64,000 nucleotides of DNA from Mobula hypostoma (Eukaryota), in contig NC_086097.1 of NCBI RefSeq assembly GCF_963921235.1, forward strand, positions 218,800,001 through 218,864,000. The letters run 5' to 3'. The notes beneath the pieces are model-generated. The model worked only from the letters and a program-made list of their open reading frames with translations. It was not told the DNA's origin and did not search any database. This document shows positions 27,628 to 40,289 of this stretch, in pieces. The position numbers and the translations under genes are program-made. Numbering within the stretch: the first letter of the stretch is position 1; every line of letters starts with the position of its first letter.

Positions 27628-28276
27628 TCAAAGTTCAAAGTAAATTTAATATCAAATTATGTACTGTATATGTCACTATATACAACCCTAAGGTTCATTT
27701 TCTTGTGGCATATTCAATAAATCTATAAAATAATAATTATATTAGAATCTTTGAAAGCCCACCAAATTAGGAGGGAGGGAATTAGAGTGTTCAACTAAAG
27801 TGAAGAATTCAACAAACTGTGCAAATATAAAAAGAAGAAATAATAATAATAAATAAGTAAGCAATAGGTATCAAAAACATGAAATGATGAGTCCTTCAAA
27901 GTGAGTTCATAGGTTGTGGAAATATTTCAAAGATAGGCCAGTGAAGTTGAGTGAAGTTTTCCCTTTTGGTTCAAGAGCCAGATGGTTGAGAGGTAGTAAT
28001 TATTCCTGAACCTGGTGGTGTGAATCCTAAGGCTCCTGTACTTTCTTTCTGATGGCAGCAGCAAGAAGAGAGTGTGGTAGTGTGTGGTCCCTGATGATGA
28101 ATACTGCTTTCCTGCAATAGTTTTTCATGTAGGTATGCTCAACGGTTGGGAGGGCTTTACCCATGATGGACGGGGCTGTATCCACTACTTGTTGTAGGAT
28201 TTTCTATTCAAGGGCATTGGTGTTTCCATACCAGACTGCGATGCAGCCAATCAGTATATTCTTCACGACACATCTA
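27628..28276 (-). mobile_element. Rex1/Babar 3' fragment, resuming at about 29071
   Basis: Family 3' UTR plus C-terminal coding remnant. CACATCTA recurs at 28269-28276 and 29071-29078 around the nested inserts. Confidence 0.7.
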
Positions 28277-28860
28277 GGTTGCTATAGGTGGGGTGGTAAT
28301 GGGGATAAGCTCCCATTAGCTATTAAATTCTCCTGGTGTCATGTGCCTCAAGTAGTCTCTGACAACCAAGACCAACTCCTGGCCTTCACGTGTGGCTTAG
28401 TTACTAAGCCTGACAGAACCATTTCTACTGACAGGAGAAGGGGCAAAGGCAGGTTACTGGCATCTTAAAACTAGATACCTTGGGCAGTTAGGCTCATCAG
28501 CCGTTGTTGGCAGTTCAGCCAGGGGAAGGAAAACTCTGATCTCGAAACTCTGCTATCTTGCGGCTATACCCACTCACGGGGAAGACATCAGGAGTAAACC
28601 CTGAGGAAAAAATGCAGAGCTGGAGTCCCCAAGGTAGTCGTACATTGAGACCAGTGCTGACTGGTAAATCCTGTGATGCTGCTGGTGCTAAACTGTATTG
28701 GTCACTGCCGTTCCTTTGGCTTCATTAGTTGCATGGAGAAGGGTAGCTTGCTGCGTGGGCAACAGCTTGCTCTCCATATTGTACAGCCCTGGCTTGCTTG
28801 CATATCCAGACAACTAGGAAGCAACATCCATCGTCGCCCCTGATTATAGGAGGCCTTAGA
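28277..28860 (+). mobile_element. Non-autonomous RTE/Expander-like element, 5' UTR-derived
   Basis: Contains GAAGGAAAACTCTGATCTCGAAAC, which I recall from RTE/Expander 5' regions. No long ORF. Confidence 0.5.
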
Positions 28861-28883
28861 AGATTCGTCTATGGAACAACCAC

Positions 28884-29070
28884 AATCAAGAGAAAATCTG
28901 CAGATGCTGGAATCCAAGCCAAACAGACAGAATGCTGGAGGAACTCAGCAGGCCAGTCAGAATTTATGGAATAGAATACAGCTTACATTTCAGGCTGAGA
29001 CCCTGTTATTCTGTTCCATAGATGCTCCCTGGCCTGCTGAGTTCCTCCAGCATTTTGTGTGTGTGTTGCT
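28884..29070. mobile_element. Hairpin PLE-end element
   Basis: Inverted arms AATGCTGGAGGAACTCAGCAGGCCAG / CTGGCCTGCTGAGTTCCTCCAGCATT with a partial HHR in the loop. Confidence 0.8.
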
Positions 29071-29459
29071 CACATCTATAGAAGTTTGTCAAAGTTTTAG
29101 ATGTCACGTGGATTTTCTTTGGCCATTACTAATGCATTATTAATTTAATATTTTCATGCAATTAATTCTTTATTCTACAAAGTAATCTATAAATTAACCT
29201 TCAATATATTAATGATGTGTCAGAATGAGGGACTCTCTGACAGGCTCAGGAAGATAGGTTTACTTCCTTTAATTTATTATCTGATGTGGTGCGGTTCGCC
29301 AAAATTCACAGAGCAGCCCAACTCAGAACCCCTTTGAAAACTTTACTGAATTGAGATAAAAGTGCCCATGATGTGAAACAGCAAATATAATGTGACATAG
29401 CCAGTAGCATTTACATCCACTGTGATGAATTGTTCTGAGAGGTGGTGTTGACACATACT

Positions 29460-30340
29460 GAGGAGCAACTTGGATCCACTCCAATTTGTCTACCATCACA
29501 ACAGGTCAATAGCAGATGCTATTTCATTGCCTTTTCACTCAGCCCTAGAACAATATCTGCACAGTGAAAATGCATACATCAGGATACACTTCATTCACTA
29601 CTGCTCTGTATTCAACACCACTGTCCCCTAAAAGCTAATGAATAAACTCCGAGACCTTGGCCTCAATGCCTTCTTCAGCAACTGGATCCTCAATTTCCTC
29701 ACATTTAGACCCTAGTCAGTTCGGATTGGCAACAACATCTCCTCCAGAATCACCATCTGCACAGGTATACCACAATGCTGTGTGTTTAGTCCATTGCTTT
29801 ACTCACTTTATACTTATGACCGTGAGGGCAAATACAGCCTCGATGCTATATTTAAGCTTGCTGATGACATCACTTGTGTTGGCCAAATCAAAGGTGGTGA
29901 TGTATCAGCATATAGGAGAGAGATTGAAAATCTGGCTGAATGGTGCCATAACAACAGCCTCTTACTCAACATCAGCAAAACTAAAGAGCTACAGGAAGAG
30001 GAAACTGGAGGTCCATGAGCCAGTTCTTATCAGGGGATCAGAGACGGAGAGGGTCATTGGCTTAAATCCTCAGTGTTATCATTTCATAGGATTTGTCCTA
30101 GGTCCAGCACACAAGTGGCATTAGAAAGAAGGCACAGCAGCATATCTACTTTCAGAGAAGTTTGTGAAGGTTCAGTACGTTATCTAAATCTTTGACATAC
30201 TTCTATAGAAGTTGCTTTTCTTCTGTCTTTGTGTGTAATTTTATCATGTTTCTTTATATGTACAAGAATGTGAATCTCAGGGTTGTATATGCTGACATAC
30301 AGCATACTTTGATAATAAATTTACTTCAAACCTTGAACTT
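29460..30340 (+). mobile_element. Decayed Rex1/Babar fragment with 3' tail
   Basis: FSPLLYSLYTYD, KLADD and EWCHNN motifs. Confidence 0.8.
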
Positions 30341-30343
30341 CAT

Positions 30344-31378
30344 GAACACGGGAAATCCAAAGCAACACAGACAAAATGCTGGAGGGACTCAGCAGGCCAG
30401 GCAACATCTATGGAAATGAATACACGGTCGATGTTTTGGGTTGAGACCCTTCATCAGGACTGGAGAGGAAGAGGAGAAGTCAGTGTAAGAAAGTGGGAGG
30501 AGGGGAGGAAGAAGTCCAAGGTGGTAGGTGATAGGTGAAACTGGTGTTTCAAAGGAAAGGGGGAGGGGGTGAAGTGAAGAAGTGGGATGTTAATTGGTGA
30601 AAGCGATAAAGGGCTGGAGAAGGGGGAATCTGATAGGAGAAGAGAGAAGAGGGAAGGGGAATGAGCACCAGAGGGAGATGGCGAAAGTTATGGAGAGTTA
30701 TATGCTGGACGCGGAGGCTAGTAGGGTGGTAGGTGAGAACAAGAGGAACTCTATCCCTCACAAAATGCTGGTGGAACTAACTGAAAGAAGAGATAGTCCT
30801 GACAAAAGGTCTCGGGCCGAAACGTCGACTGTACCTCTTCCTATAGATGCTGCCTGACCTGCTGCGTTCACCAGGATTTTTTGTGTGTGTTGCTTGAATT
30901 TCCAGCATCTGCAGATTTCCTCGTGTTTGAACTCTATCCCTGGTGGGAGGATGAGGTGAGGGCAGATGTGCACGAAATGGAAGAGATATGGGTGAGGGCA
31001 GCATTGATGGTGGAGGAAGGGAAGACCCTTTCTTTGAAAAAAAGGGTCACCTTAGTAGTTCTGGAATGAAAAGCTTCATCCTGAGAGCAGATGCAGTGGA
31101 GACGGATGAACTGCGAGTAGGGGATGGCATTTTTACAAGTGGCAGGGTGGGAAGAGGTATCGTCCAGGTAGCTTGAACTTCATAAACAAGAGAAAATCTG
31201 CAGATGCTGGAAATTTAAGCAACACACACAAAATGCTAGAGGAACTCAGCAGGCCAGACAACTCCTCATCTTTTTTTCCTGCAGTCCTGCCGAAGGGTCT
31301 CAGCCCAAAACATCGACTGTACCCTTCTCCATTGATGCTGCCTGGCCTGCTGAGTTCCTCCAGTTTTTGTGTGTGCAG
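30344..31378. mobile_element. Cluster of three PLE insertions (30344-31171 with 30759-30928 nested; 31184-31376)
   Basis: CTTGAACTTCAT occurs at 30332, 31172 and 31379. Nested TSD GAACTCTATCCCT at 30746 and 30929. Contains a PLE coding remnant (RVPLVLTYHPTSLRVQHI) and three HHR-like motifs. Confidence 0.85.
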
Positions 31379-31880
31379 CTTGAACTTCATATTGGATTAT
31401 ATGATGGGAAATACTACAAACTATGGTAAAATGCACGAAGTGCTTCATCCTTTGTGTTTTAATGATCTTACAGAGCTCTTAACTCTAACTGTAACTTCAG
31501 CTCAGTGGAGAGTATACTGAGTGGTTGCATCATGGCCTTATATGGAAACACTAATGCTCTTAAAAAGAAAAGCCTACAAAAGGTAGTGGATACAGCCTAT
31601 TCCATCATACGTAAAGCCCTTCCCACCATTGAGAAGATAGAGTTGATAAGTGGCAACTCATTCTGTGCAGCTCCGATGGTGTTGGGTACGTGGATTATGA
31701 CCAAAGAAAAAAAGTGGCTGGAGTTGATTAGCACTTTAGTGCAAGGGTGTTTATTAGGTGTGTCAAAAATCTCTCCAGCTTTAGCACATCTTTTCTGAGA
31801 CACGGGTCACAAAACTGCACACAATACTCCAAATGTGGCTTCACCAGTGTTTTAAAAAGTCTCAACATTACATTCTTGCT

Positions 31881-31973
31881 ACACACATCAAAGTTGCTAG
31901 TGAACGCAGCAGGCCAGGCAGCATCTGTAGGAAGAGGTGCAGTCGACATTTCAGGCCGAGACCCTTCGTCAGG
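31881..31973 (-). mobile_element. 93-bp insertion made only of the HHR and PLE tail
   Basis: Perfect 9-bp TSD ATTCTTGCT (31872-31880 / 31974-31982). Minus strand C-CTGACGA-AGG...CCT-GAAA-TGTC-GACT. Confidence 0.85.
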
Positions 31974-33508
31974 ATTCTTGCTTTTCATATTCTAGTCTTC
32001 TTGAAATGAATACTAACACCGTATTTGCATTCCTCACCACAGATTCCATCTGCAAACTAACCTTTAGAAATTCCTGTAAAAGGTCTCCCAAGTCCCTTTG
32101 CGGCTCAGGTTTTCATACTTTGTCTTCATTTTGAAAATAGTCAACCCTTTTATTTCTTCTATCAATGTGCATGACTAGACTCTTCCCAACATTGTATTCC
32201 ATCAGCCACTTCTTTGCCCATTCTCCTAATCTGAATTCTTTTGTAGTCTCTCAACTTCCTCGGACCTACTTGATCCTCCACCTATCTTTGTATTGTCTGC
32301 AAAATTTGCAACAAAGCCATAAATTCCATCATCCAAATCATTGAAATATAATGTAAAAAGAATTGGTCCTATGGAACACCACTAGTTACTGGTAGCCAAT
32401 CAGAAAAGACTCCCTTTATTCAGCCATGGCTTTTTCTATGCTAGAATCTTTCCTGTAATATCATGGGGTCTTAGCTTGGTAAGCAACCTCATATGTGGCA
32501 CCTTGTTAAAGGCCTTCTGAAAATCCAAGTACACAACATCAACCGATTCTCCTTTGTCTCTCCTGCTTGTTATTTCTTCAAAGAATTCGAACAGATTTGT
32601 CAGACAAGATTTTCCCCTGAGGGAAAGACAAGATTTTCCGCTGACTGTGGCCTATTTTATCATGTGCCTCCAAGTACCCAAAAGGACATCCTTAACATCT
32701 TCCCAAACACTGAGGTCAGACTAACTGGCTTATAATTTCCTTTCTTCTGCCTCTCTCCCTTCTTGAAGAGTGGAGTGACATTTGCAATTTTCCAGTCTTC
32801 TGGAACCATTCTGAATCTAGTGATTCTTGAAAGATCATTAATAATGCCTCTACAGTCTCCTTCAGTCACCTCTTTCAGAACCTGATGACTTATTTACAGT
32901 GCCTTCAGACCTTTCAGGTTTCCCAAGAATCTTCTCCCCAGTAATGGTGAGTTAACACAGTTCATGATCCCTGATACCCGCAACTTCCACCATACTGCTG
33001 GTGTCTTCCACATTAAAAACTGATTGAAAATACTTATTCAGTTCATCTGCCATTTCCTTGTCACCCATTACTACCTTTCTAGCATCGTCCCCTAGGTCCA
33101 ATATCCAGTCTTGCCTCTCTTTTACACTTTATGTATCTGAAGAAAGTTTTTGTATCCACTTTAATATTATTAGCTAGCTTACTTTAGAATTCTATCTTTA
33201 CCTTCTTACTGACAGTTTAGTTGTCTTCTGTTGATATTTTAAATTTCCCAGCCCTCTAACTTCTCACCAATTTTAGCTCTACTCTACCCCTCTCTTTGGC
33301 TCTTATGTTGGCTTTGACTTCTCTTGTTAGCCATGGTTATGTCATCTTGCCTTTAGAATATTTCTTCCTCCTTGGGATGTATATATCCTGTGCCTTCCAA
33401 ATTGCTTCCAGAAATTTCAGCCATTGCTGCTCTGCCATCATCCCTGCCAGTGTGCTTTGCCAATCAGTTCTGGCCAACTCCCTCTCTCACACCTCTGTAA
33501 TTCCTCTT

Positions 33509-34961
33509 GTGTGTGTGGCATCCATTAGTCTTGCGAGACCATGGATCTGCGCCTGGAAAGTCTTGCTTCAGTCTGTGTTAGAGCAGTATCTGTTGTGGCT
33601 GTAGAGGCCCACACGGGAGTGACAGTCTCGGCTGCAGCGACTGCATTTGAAGGCACTGTCCTCCAGTGTTGTCTCAGTGCTGTTTTTCCGACGAGTGCAC
33701 TTTTCTTCAGCAGCAAGCCTCAGCTTCTCTTCTCCTCTTTTTAGACCTCTGCGTAGTTCCAGCCTCCAGTGAGAGCGATCGCTTGCGATGTCCTCCCACC
33801 TCTCGATGTTCATGTTCAGTGACTTCATGTCTCTCTTGCAGACGTCTTTGAAACGAAGATGGAGCCACCCTTGTGCTCTCATGCTGGAGGCCAGTTCCCC
33901 GTACAGCAGGTCTTTCGGGATCCTCCCGTCTGACATGTTGTGCACGTGGCCCCCCAGCGGAGACGACGTTGTTGGAGCAGAGTGAAGAGGCTGGGTATCT
34001 GGGCGTGGGCCAGGACCTCATTGTTGGTGACTCAGTCAACCCACTTGATGTCCAGGATGCATCTCAGGCTGCGAAGGTGGAAGGCGTTGAGACGCTGCTC
34101 TTGTCTGGAGTAGAGGCTCCAGGTCTCGCTGCCATAAAGCAGTGTGCTGAGGACGCTGGCCCTGTAGTCTGCAACCTTGGTGTGCGTCGTCAGCTTTCTG
34201 TTCTCCCAGACTCTCTTTGTCAGCCTGGCGAACGTTGAGGCTGCTCATCTGATCCGTCTGTTGATCTCAGGGACTAGGGGGAGGCTGTCCGTGATGGTGG
34301 AGCCAAGGTGTGTAAACTCCTGAATTACCTCCAGCTCGTAGTTGTTGATGGTAATGGCAGGGGGGTGCTCAACGCCTTGGCCCAACACATTGGTCTTCTT
34401 CAGGCTGATGGTCAAGCTGAAGTCCTGGCAGGCTCTTGAGAAGCCGACCATGAGGCGTTGCAGTTGCTCTTCAGAGTGTGTTGCCAGGGTCGCATCGTCT
34501 GCAGACAACATGTCCCTGATGAGTACTTCACGAACCTTGTTTGTTGCCCTCAGCCGGGACAGTCTGAACAGCCTCCCGTCTGATCTGGTGTGGAGGTAGA
34601 CATCATCAGTTGATATTCCAAAGGCGTGCTTCAGCATGACTGCGAAGAAGATGCCAAACAGGGTGGGGGCAAGCACACAGCCCTGCTTCACACCGCTGCG
34701 GATGTTGAAGGCCTCCGAAGAAGAGCCGTCGAACTGACCGATATCCTTCATGTCTGTGTAGAATGACTGAACTATCCTGAGGAGCCTCGGGGGACAACCA
34801 ATCCAGGCGAGGATTTTGAACAGGCCACCTCTGCTCACAAGGTCGAAGGCCTTTGTGAGGTCAATGAAAGCGACGTAAGGTGGTTGCCTTTTCTCTCTGC
34901 ATTTCTCTTGTAGCTGTCGAAGGGAGAAGATCATGTCGATTCTGGACCGTTCTGACATGTG
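33509..34961 (-). mobile_element. 5'-truncated RTE-clade LINE
   Basis: DMIFSLRQLQEKCRE, FIDLTKAFD, GVKQGCVLAPTLF, ADD, RIPKDLLYGEL and a C-terminal CxxC...H motif. (CA)n tail; TSD TCTGTAATTCC (33494-33504 / 34962-34972). Confidence 0.93.
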
Positions 34962-35050
34962 TCTGTAATTCCCTTTACTCCACTGTAATACTAATAGATG
35001 TGACTTTAACTTCTCCTTCTCAAATTTCAGGGTGAATTCAATCAAATTAT

Positions 35051-35226
35051 AAAAGCAAACACGAGGAAATCTGCAGATGCTGGAAATTCAAGCAACACGC
35101 ACAAAATGCTGGTGGAACGCATTAGGCCAGGCAGTATCCATAGGGAGAAGCACAGCCAATGTTTCAGGCCGAGACTCTTTGTCCTGACGAAGGGTCTCGG
35201 CCTGAAACATCAACTGTGCTTCTTCC
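35051..35226. mobile_element. Short inverted PLE-end element with plus-strand HHR (35181-35215)
   Basis: GTC-CTGACGA-AGG...CCT-GAAA-CATC. Degenerate TSD TCAATCAAATTAT / TCAATCATGTTAT. Confidence 0.8.
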
Positions 35227-35561
35227 TCAATCATGTTATGATCACTTGACCCCAAGGGCTCTTTTACCTTAACCTCTCTCATCAATTTTGGTTCACTGCA
35301 CAACACCCAATCCAGAATAGATGAGCTCAACCCCGAGCTGCTCTAAAAAGCAATCTCATTGGCATTCTAGAAAATCCCCCTCTTGCAATCCAGCACCAAC
35401 CTGATTTTCCAATCTACCTGCAAATTGAAAACCCTCATGACTATTGTAACATTGCCCTTTTGGCATACATTTTCTATCTCCCATTGTAACTTGTAGGCCT
35501 CATCCGTACTACTGTTTTGGGGTCTGTATACAACTCCCATCAGGGTCTTTTACCCTGAAAT

Positions 35562-35760
35562 ATAGAATTGTTGTTCCTCTCCTCACCTTGTGGTGCATTG
35601 AGCAACGATCTTTGCTGTTTTCTTAGCACTTGCCTGCGTTTTTTTACAAGGCCGTGTTGCCAGCTTGACGCTCAACCCAGCACGGATTGAAAGCGTGCAA
35701 AGAGCCAGCCAGACTTGAACTACTCACCTCGAAGTCCAGTGCAGATGCCACTACACCACC
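35562..35760 (-). mobile_element. tRNA-derived SINE-like element
   Basis: Minus strand starts GGTGGTGTAGTGG (A-box-like) with GTTCAAGTC (B-box-like) downstream. Confidence 0.5.
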
Positions 35761-36079
35761 TTTTAATTACAGTATACAAGCAACATACTGTATATACATG
35801 AACATATCCCTATTAATAAAGAAATGGAATATTCCACTGTGTATGGAGGGAAAGGCACAACAAAGCCAACCTGAGCAGATCAACTCATTTTAGGACCCAT
35901 TATAAGAACATACCGGGGATGACATTGAAGTGCCTACACTCAGTGGAATGATAGCTGACTGACAAGGCAGTGTTTGTGAGTGAATGAGCGTGTGTATGGA
36001 GTGCACTTACCTAGTTCTCTCTCTCACAGAGGAAATCGTCAAGTATTTCTGTTGAGGATGATTACAGCTGATATCCACT

Positions 36080-39000
36080 GTCACAGCCATGGGTACTTCA
36101 GTAAGAAACATTATTTTAAGATGATAAAACAATCTAACGATCCTCAAAATCTGCAAACCCTAGTTGCAGACTCAGGACATGAGTGCAGTTCCCTTTTAAG
36201 AATAAGGAAGCGGGGAAGGTGTGCTGGACTACAGTGCTCTCAGAATGCAGAGGCCTTAAACCCCCCCACTCCCTAACCCCTGAATACTTTACAGGCAAAT
36301 GTACAGTCTCTGGAAAATAACAGTTACGATATCAGAGCAAGATTGCTGTACCAGAGGGACATCAAGGACTGCTGTGTACTTTGCTTCATGGAAGCATGCC
36401 TTGCCCCTGCAATTTTGAATGCAGCACTGCAGCTGGAGGCTTCACCGTCCACCAAAAAGACAGGTCACCTTTTCAGTCTTCTAAAGGTAAAGAAGGTGGA
36501 GTTTGCTTTGTGATTAACCTATTGCAGTGCACAGACATGACTGTCCTGTCTCAGTTCTGTTCACACCACCAGGAACACTTAGTGGTCAAGTGTCATCCAT
36601 TTTATCTGCCGAGGGAGTTTTACCTCCGTCGTCCTGGCAGTGGTGTATATTCCACCTCTGGCCAGTGTGAGTCAGGCACTGCAGGAGCTGAGCAATGTGA
36701 TCAGGAGACACTGAGTAGCATACTCTGAAGCCTTTCAAATTATTGCTGGGAATTTCACCCAGGACAGTTTGAAGAATTCTCTAAAATACTTCCACCAACA
36801 CATCAACTGTGGAATCAGAGGAGCCAACACACTTGACCTCAGTTACACCACCATGTAGAACCTTTACTGTGGCAGCCCATGCCCACACTTTGGAAAGTCT
36901 GATCAGCTGGCTGTACTCCTACTCCAAGCATACAGTCAGGGCCTAAAGACCAAAGCACCAGCTGTGAGGACCAAGAAGGTATAGCCAAGGGAGGTGGACG
37001 AGCGTTTACAGGACTGCTTTAAGTCGGTGGACTGGACAGAATTTGAGGATTCATCTTCGAATATGAATGAATCCGCCACAGTTGTCACCAACTTCATCAA
37101 GACCTGTGCGGATGAGTGTGTGCCTTCAAGAACATACTGGACATACTAAACTAAAACCCTTGGATGAACCAGGAGATTTATACTCTGCTGAGGTCTAGAT
37201 CTGTGACATTCAAGGTCAGTTATCCAGAACTTTGTAATAAGTCCAGGTACGACATATGGAGGGCTATTTTAAGAGTGAGAAAACAATTCTGATTGAAGTT
37301 AAATATGGAATCCAATTCACGTCAGCTCTGGCAGGGTATGCAGGCCTTTATTTTGTACAAGGTGAAACCTAACATCAGGAGGGGCTGTGATGCTTCACTC
37401 ACGGATGAGCTTTTATGTGTGCTTTGAAAGGTAGAATAAAACTACACCTGCGCAAATTCCTGCAGCATCTGGTGACCCTGTGATCTCTGTCTTGGAGGTC
37501 AACATCAGAACATCTTTCAAAAGAGTCAAACCCTGCAAGGCATCGGGCCTTGATGGTGTATCTGATAGGACACTGAAAACCTGCGCTAACCAACTGGTGG
37601 GGGTGTTGAAAGATATCTTCAGACTCTCACCGCTGAAGTTGGAGGTTCTTGCCTGCTTTAAAAGGGGGATAATTATACCAGTGCTCAAGAAGAGCAGGGT
37701 GAGCTGCCTCAATGACTATTGCCCAGTTGCACTCACATCTGCTGTGATGAAGTGCTTTGAGATGGTCATGGCCAGCATCAACTCCTGTCCAAGCAAAGAT
37801 TTGGACCCACTGCAGTTTGCTCCTTGCCATAATAGGTCTACAGCAGATGCAATCCACTGGCCCTCCACTCGGCCTCAGATCACCTGGACAATATAGTACC
37901 TATGTCAGGCTGCTGTTTATTGATTACAGCTTAGCATTCAACACAATCATACCCTCAGTTCTAATCAATAAGCTCCAAAACCTGGGCCTCTGTACCTCCC
38001 TCTGCAAGTGGATCCTTGACTTCCTCATTGGGAGACCACAGTTAGTGCAGAACGAAAATAACAGCTCCTCCTTGCTGACAATGAACACTGATGCACCTCA
38101 AGGATGCATGTTTAGCCCTCTGCTCTGTGGCCTCTACACACATGACTGTGTGGCCAGGCACAGCTTAAACTCCATCGATAAATTTGCTGATGACACGACG
38201 ACTGTTGGCAGAATTCCAGATGGTGACAAGAAGGCGTATAGGTGTGAGATAGATTAGTGGTTGAGTGGTGTTGCCACAACAACCTCACACTCAATGTCAG
38301 TAAGACCAAGGTACAGATTGTGGACTTCAGTATTGGAAAGGTGAGGGAACACACACAAGTCCTCATCAAGCAGTAGAAAGGATGAACAATTTCTACTTCC
38401 TGGATGTCAACATCTCTGAAGATCTATCCTGAGCCCAACATATTGATACAATTACAAGGAAGACATGACAGTAGCTGTATTTCGTTAGGAATTTGAAGAG
38501 ACTTGGTATGTCACCAAAGACCTTCAGAAATTTCTACAGAAATTGCTTGGAGAGCATTCTAACTAGTTGCATCGCCATCTGGTATGGAAGGACCACTGCA
38601 CAGGATTGGAAAAACCTGCAGGAAGTTGCAAACTCAGCAAGCTCCATCGTGGGCACAAGCCTCCTCAGCATTGAGGACACCTTCAAAAGTCGATGCCTCA
38701 AAAAGCTGCCATCCATCATTAAAGACCACATCACCCGGGGCATAATCTCTCCTCATTGCTACCATCAGGGAGGAGGTACAGGAGGTTAATGACACATGCT
38801 CAATGTTTCTAGAACAGCTGCTTGCCCTCTGCCATTAGATTTCTGAATGAACAATGAACTCATGTATGCCACATCATATTTTGTTCGTTTGTTTTGCTTT
38901 TTTTTGTACTACTTATTTAATTTAATTTTATATGTATTTCTTATTGCAATTTATAGTTCATTTTATTACTTATTGCAATGTGCTGGTGTCACAAACAACA

Positions 39001-39515
39001 AATTTCACTACATACAGTATGAGAGTGATATTAAGCCTGATTTCTGACTCTGAGCACATCTGTAAGGAACGGTGTTGCAGGAAAGCAGCATCCACCATCT
39101 AAAATTCTCACCAACCAGGTCATGCTCTCTTCTCACTACTGGCATCAGGAGGGAGGCACAGGACCCTTAGCTCCCACGCTACCTGATTCAGGAACAGTTT
39201 CTACCCCTCAACCATCAGGCTCCATCAACTTCACTCACCCCAACACTGAACTGAATTCCACAGGCTATGGTCAACCTTTCACGAACTCTACAACTCATGT
39301 TCTCAATAGAATTTATTACTTGCTCACCTTTTTTTTTGTTTGATTTTGTATTTGCACAATTTGTTGTCTTTAGCACATTGGTTGTTTGCCTGTCTTTGTT
39401 TATGTGCAGTTTTTCATTGACTCTTTTGTGTTTCTTTGTGAATGTCTGCAAGAAAATGAATCTCAGGGTAGCATATAGTAACATATATATACTTCCATAA
39501 TAAGTTTACTTTGAA
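36080..39515 (+). mobile_element. Decayed near full-length Rex1/Babar LINE plus an extra 3' fragment
   Basis: Endonuclease (GGVCFVIN), RT ([36 protein letters not shown]), C-terminal domain and two 3' tails. Confidence 0.88.
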
Positions 39516-40289
39516 CTTTGTGTTGGATCATATGATGGTAAATCATGCAAACTATGATAAAAACCCACTAAGTGCTCAGCATTTGTGTAATAATGATCCT
39601 ATAGAGCTTTTAACTCTGTCTAACCGTGACTTCAACTCCTATGAATTCATTCCAACTCTGATTCTGGAGACAATTTATCCTCATGATCAAACAAAATAAC
39701 TTGCCCATCTGTAAAACTGATGTGATTAACTTGCATATTTTTTGAAACTACACTTTCAAAACAATCACACCTGCAACAATTGGTTGATGCAAACCCCTTC
39801 CGTTGTGATTGCCCATTCCATGACCAGTTTATTTCTTTTTGACACATATCTTCATGCAATTAATTTAATTAGTCCTGTGTCATTAATTTTCATGAAAAGA
39901 TTGTTTTTATGGGCTCATCAACAACTAGAAAGGATTTTACTCTTTAGAAATTCTGCAGACATACGTAGAGTCTCCGTAGAGAAAGAAGATAATACAAATT
40001 ATTTCCTTGGGTTCATCTAGTTTATGAAAGAAAATAACTCTTTCTGCCAATCCTTCAATTTACTGTCCTTTATTTTAGAAAATGCTTTAAGAAAGGTCCC
40101 GAGGTTTCTCATGGCATGCTTAAATAGGTGTTTTTGCATGATGGGATGAAACATCTTTCAATATTATTTGAATAGGTGAGAGAACATTTATCAAAAATGA
40201 ACACAAGTAGAGGAAGGCTTAACACACCATGGATCACATTCAATTGTTGTGAACATTGTTGATTGCCATCTTGGATGAGTGTTGCTCGT

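Larger units (their letters stand above)
31790..35560 (-). mobile_element. Decayed CR1 ORF2 hosting nested insertions
   Basis: VKPHLEYCVQF, VPEDWKIANVTPLFKKG and EPLGSSDHNMIEF motifs. Confidence 0.85.
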
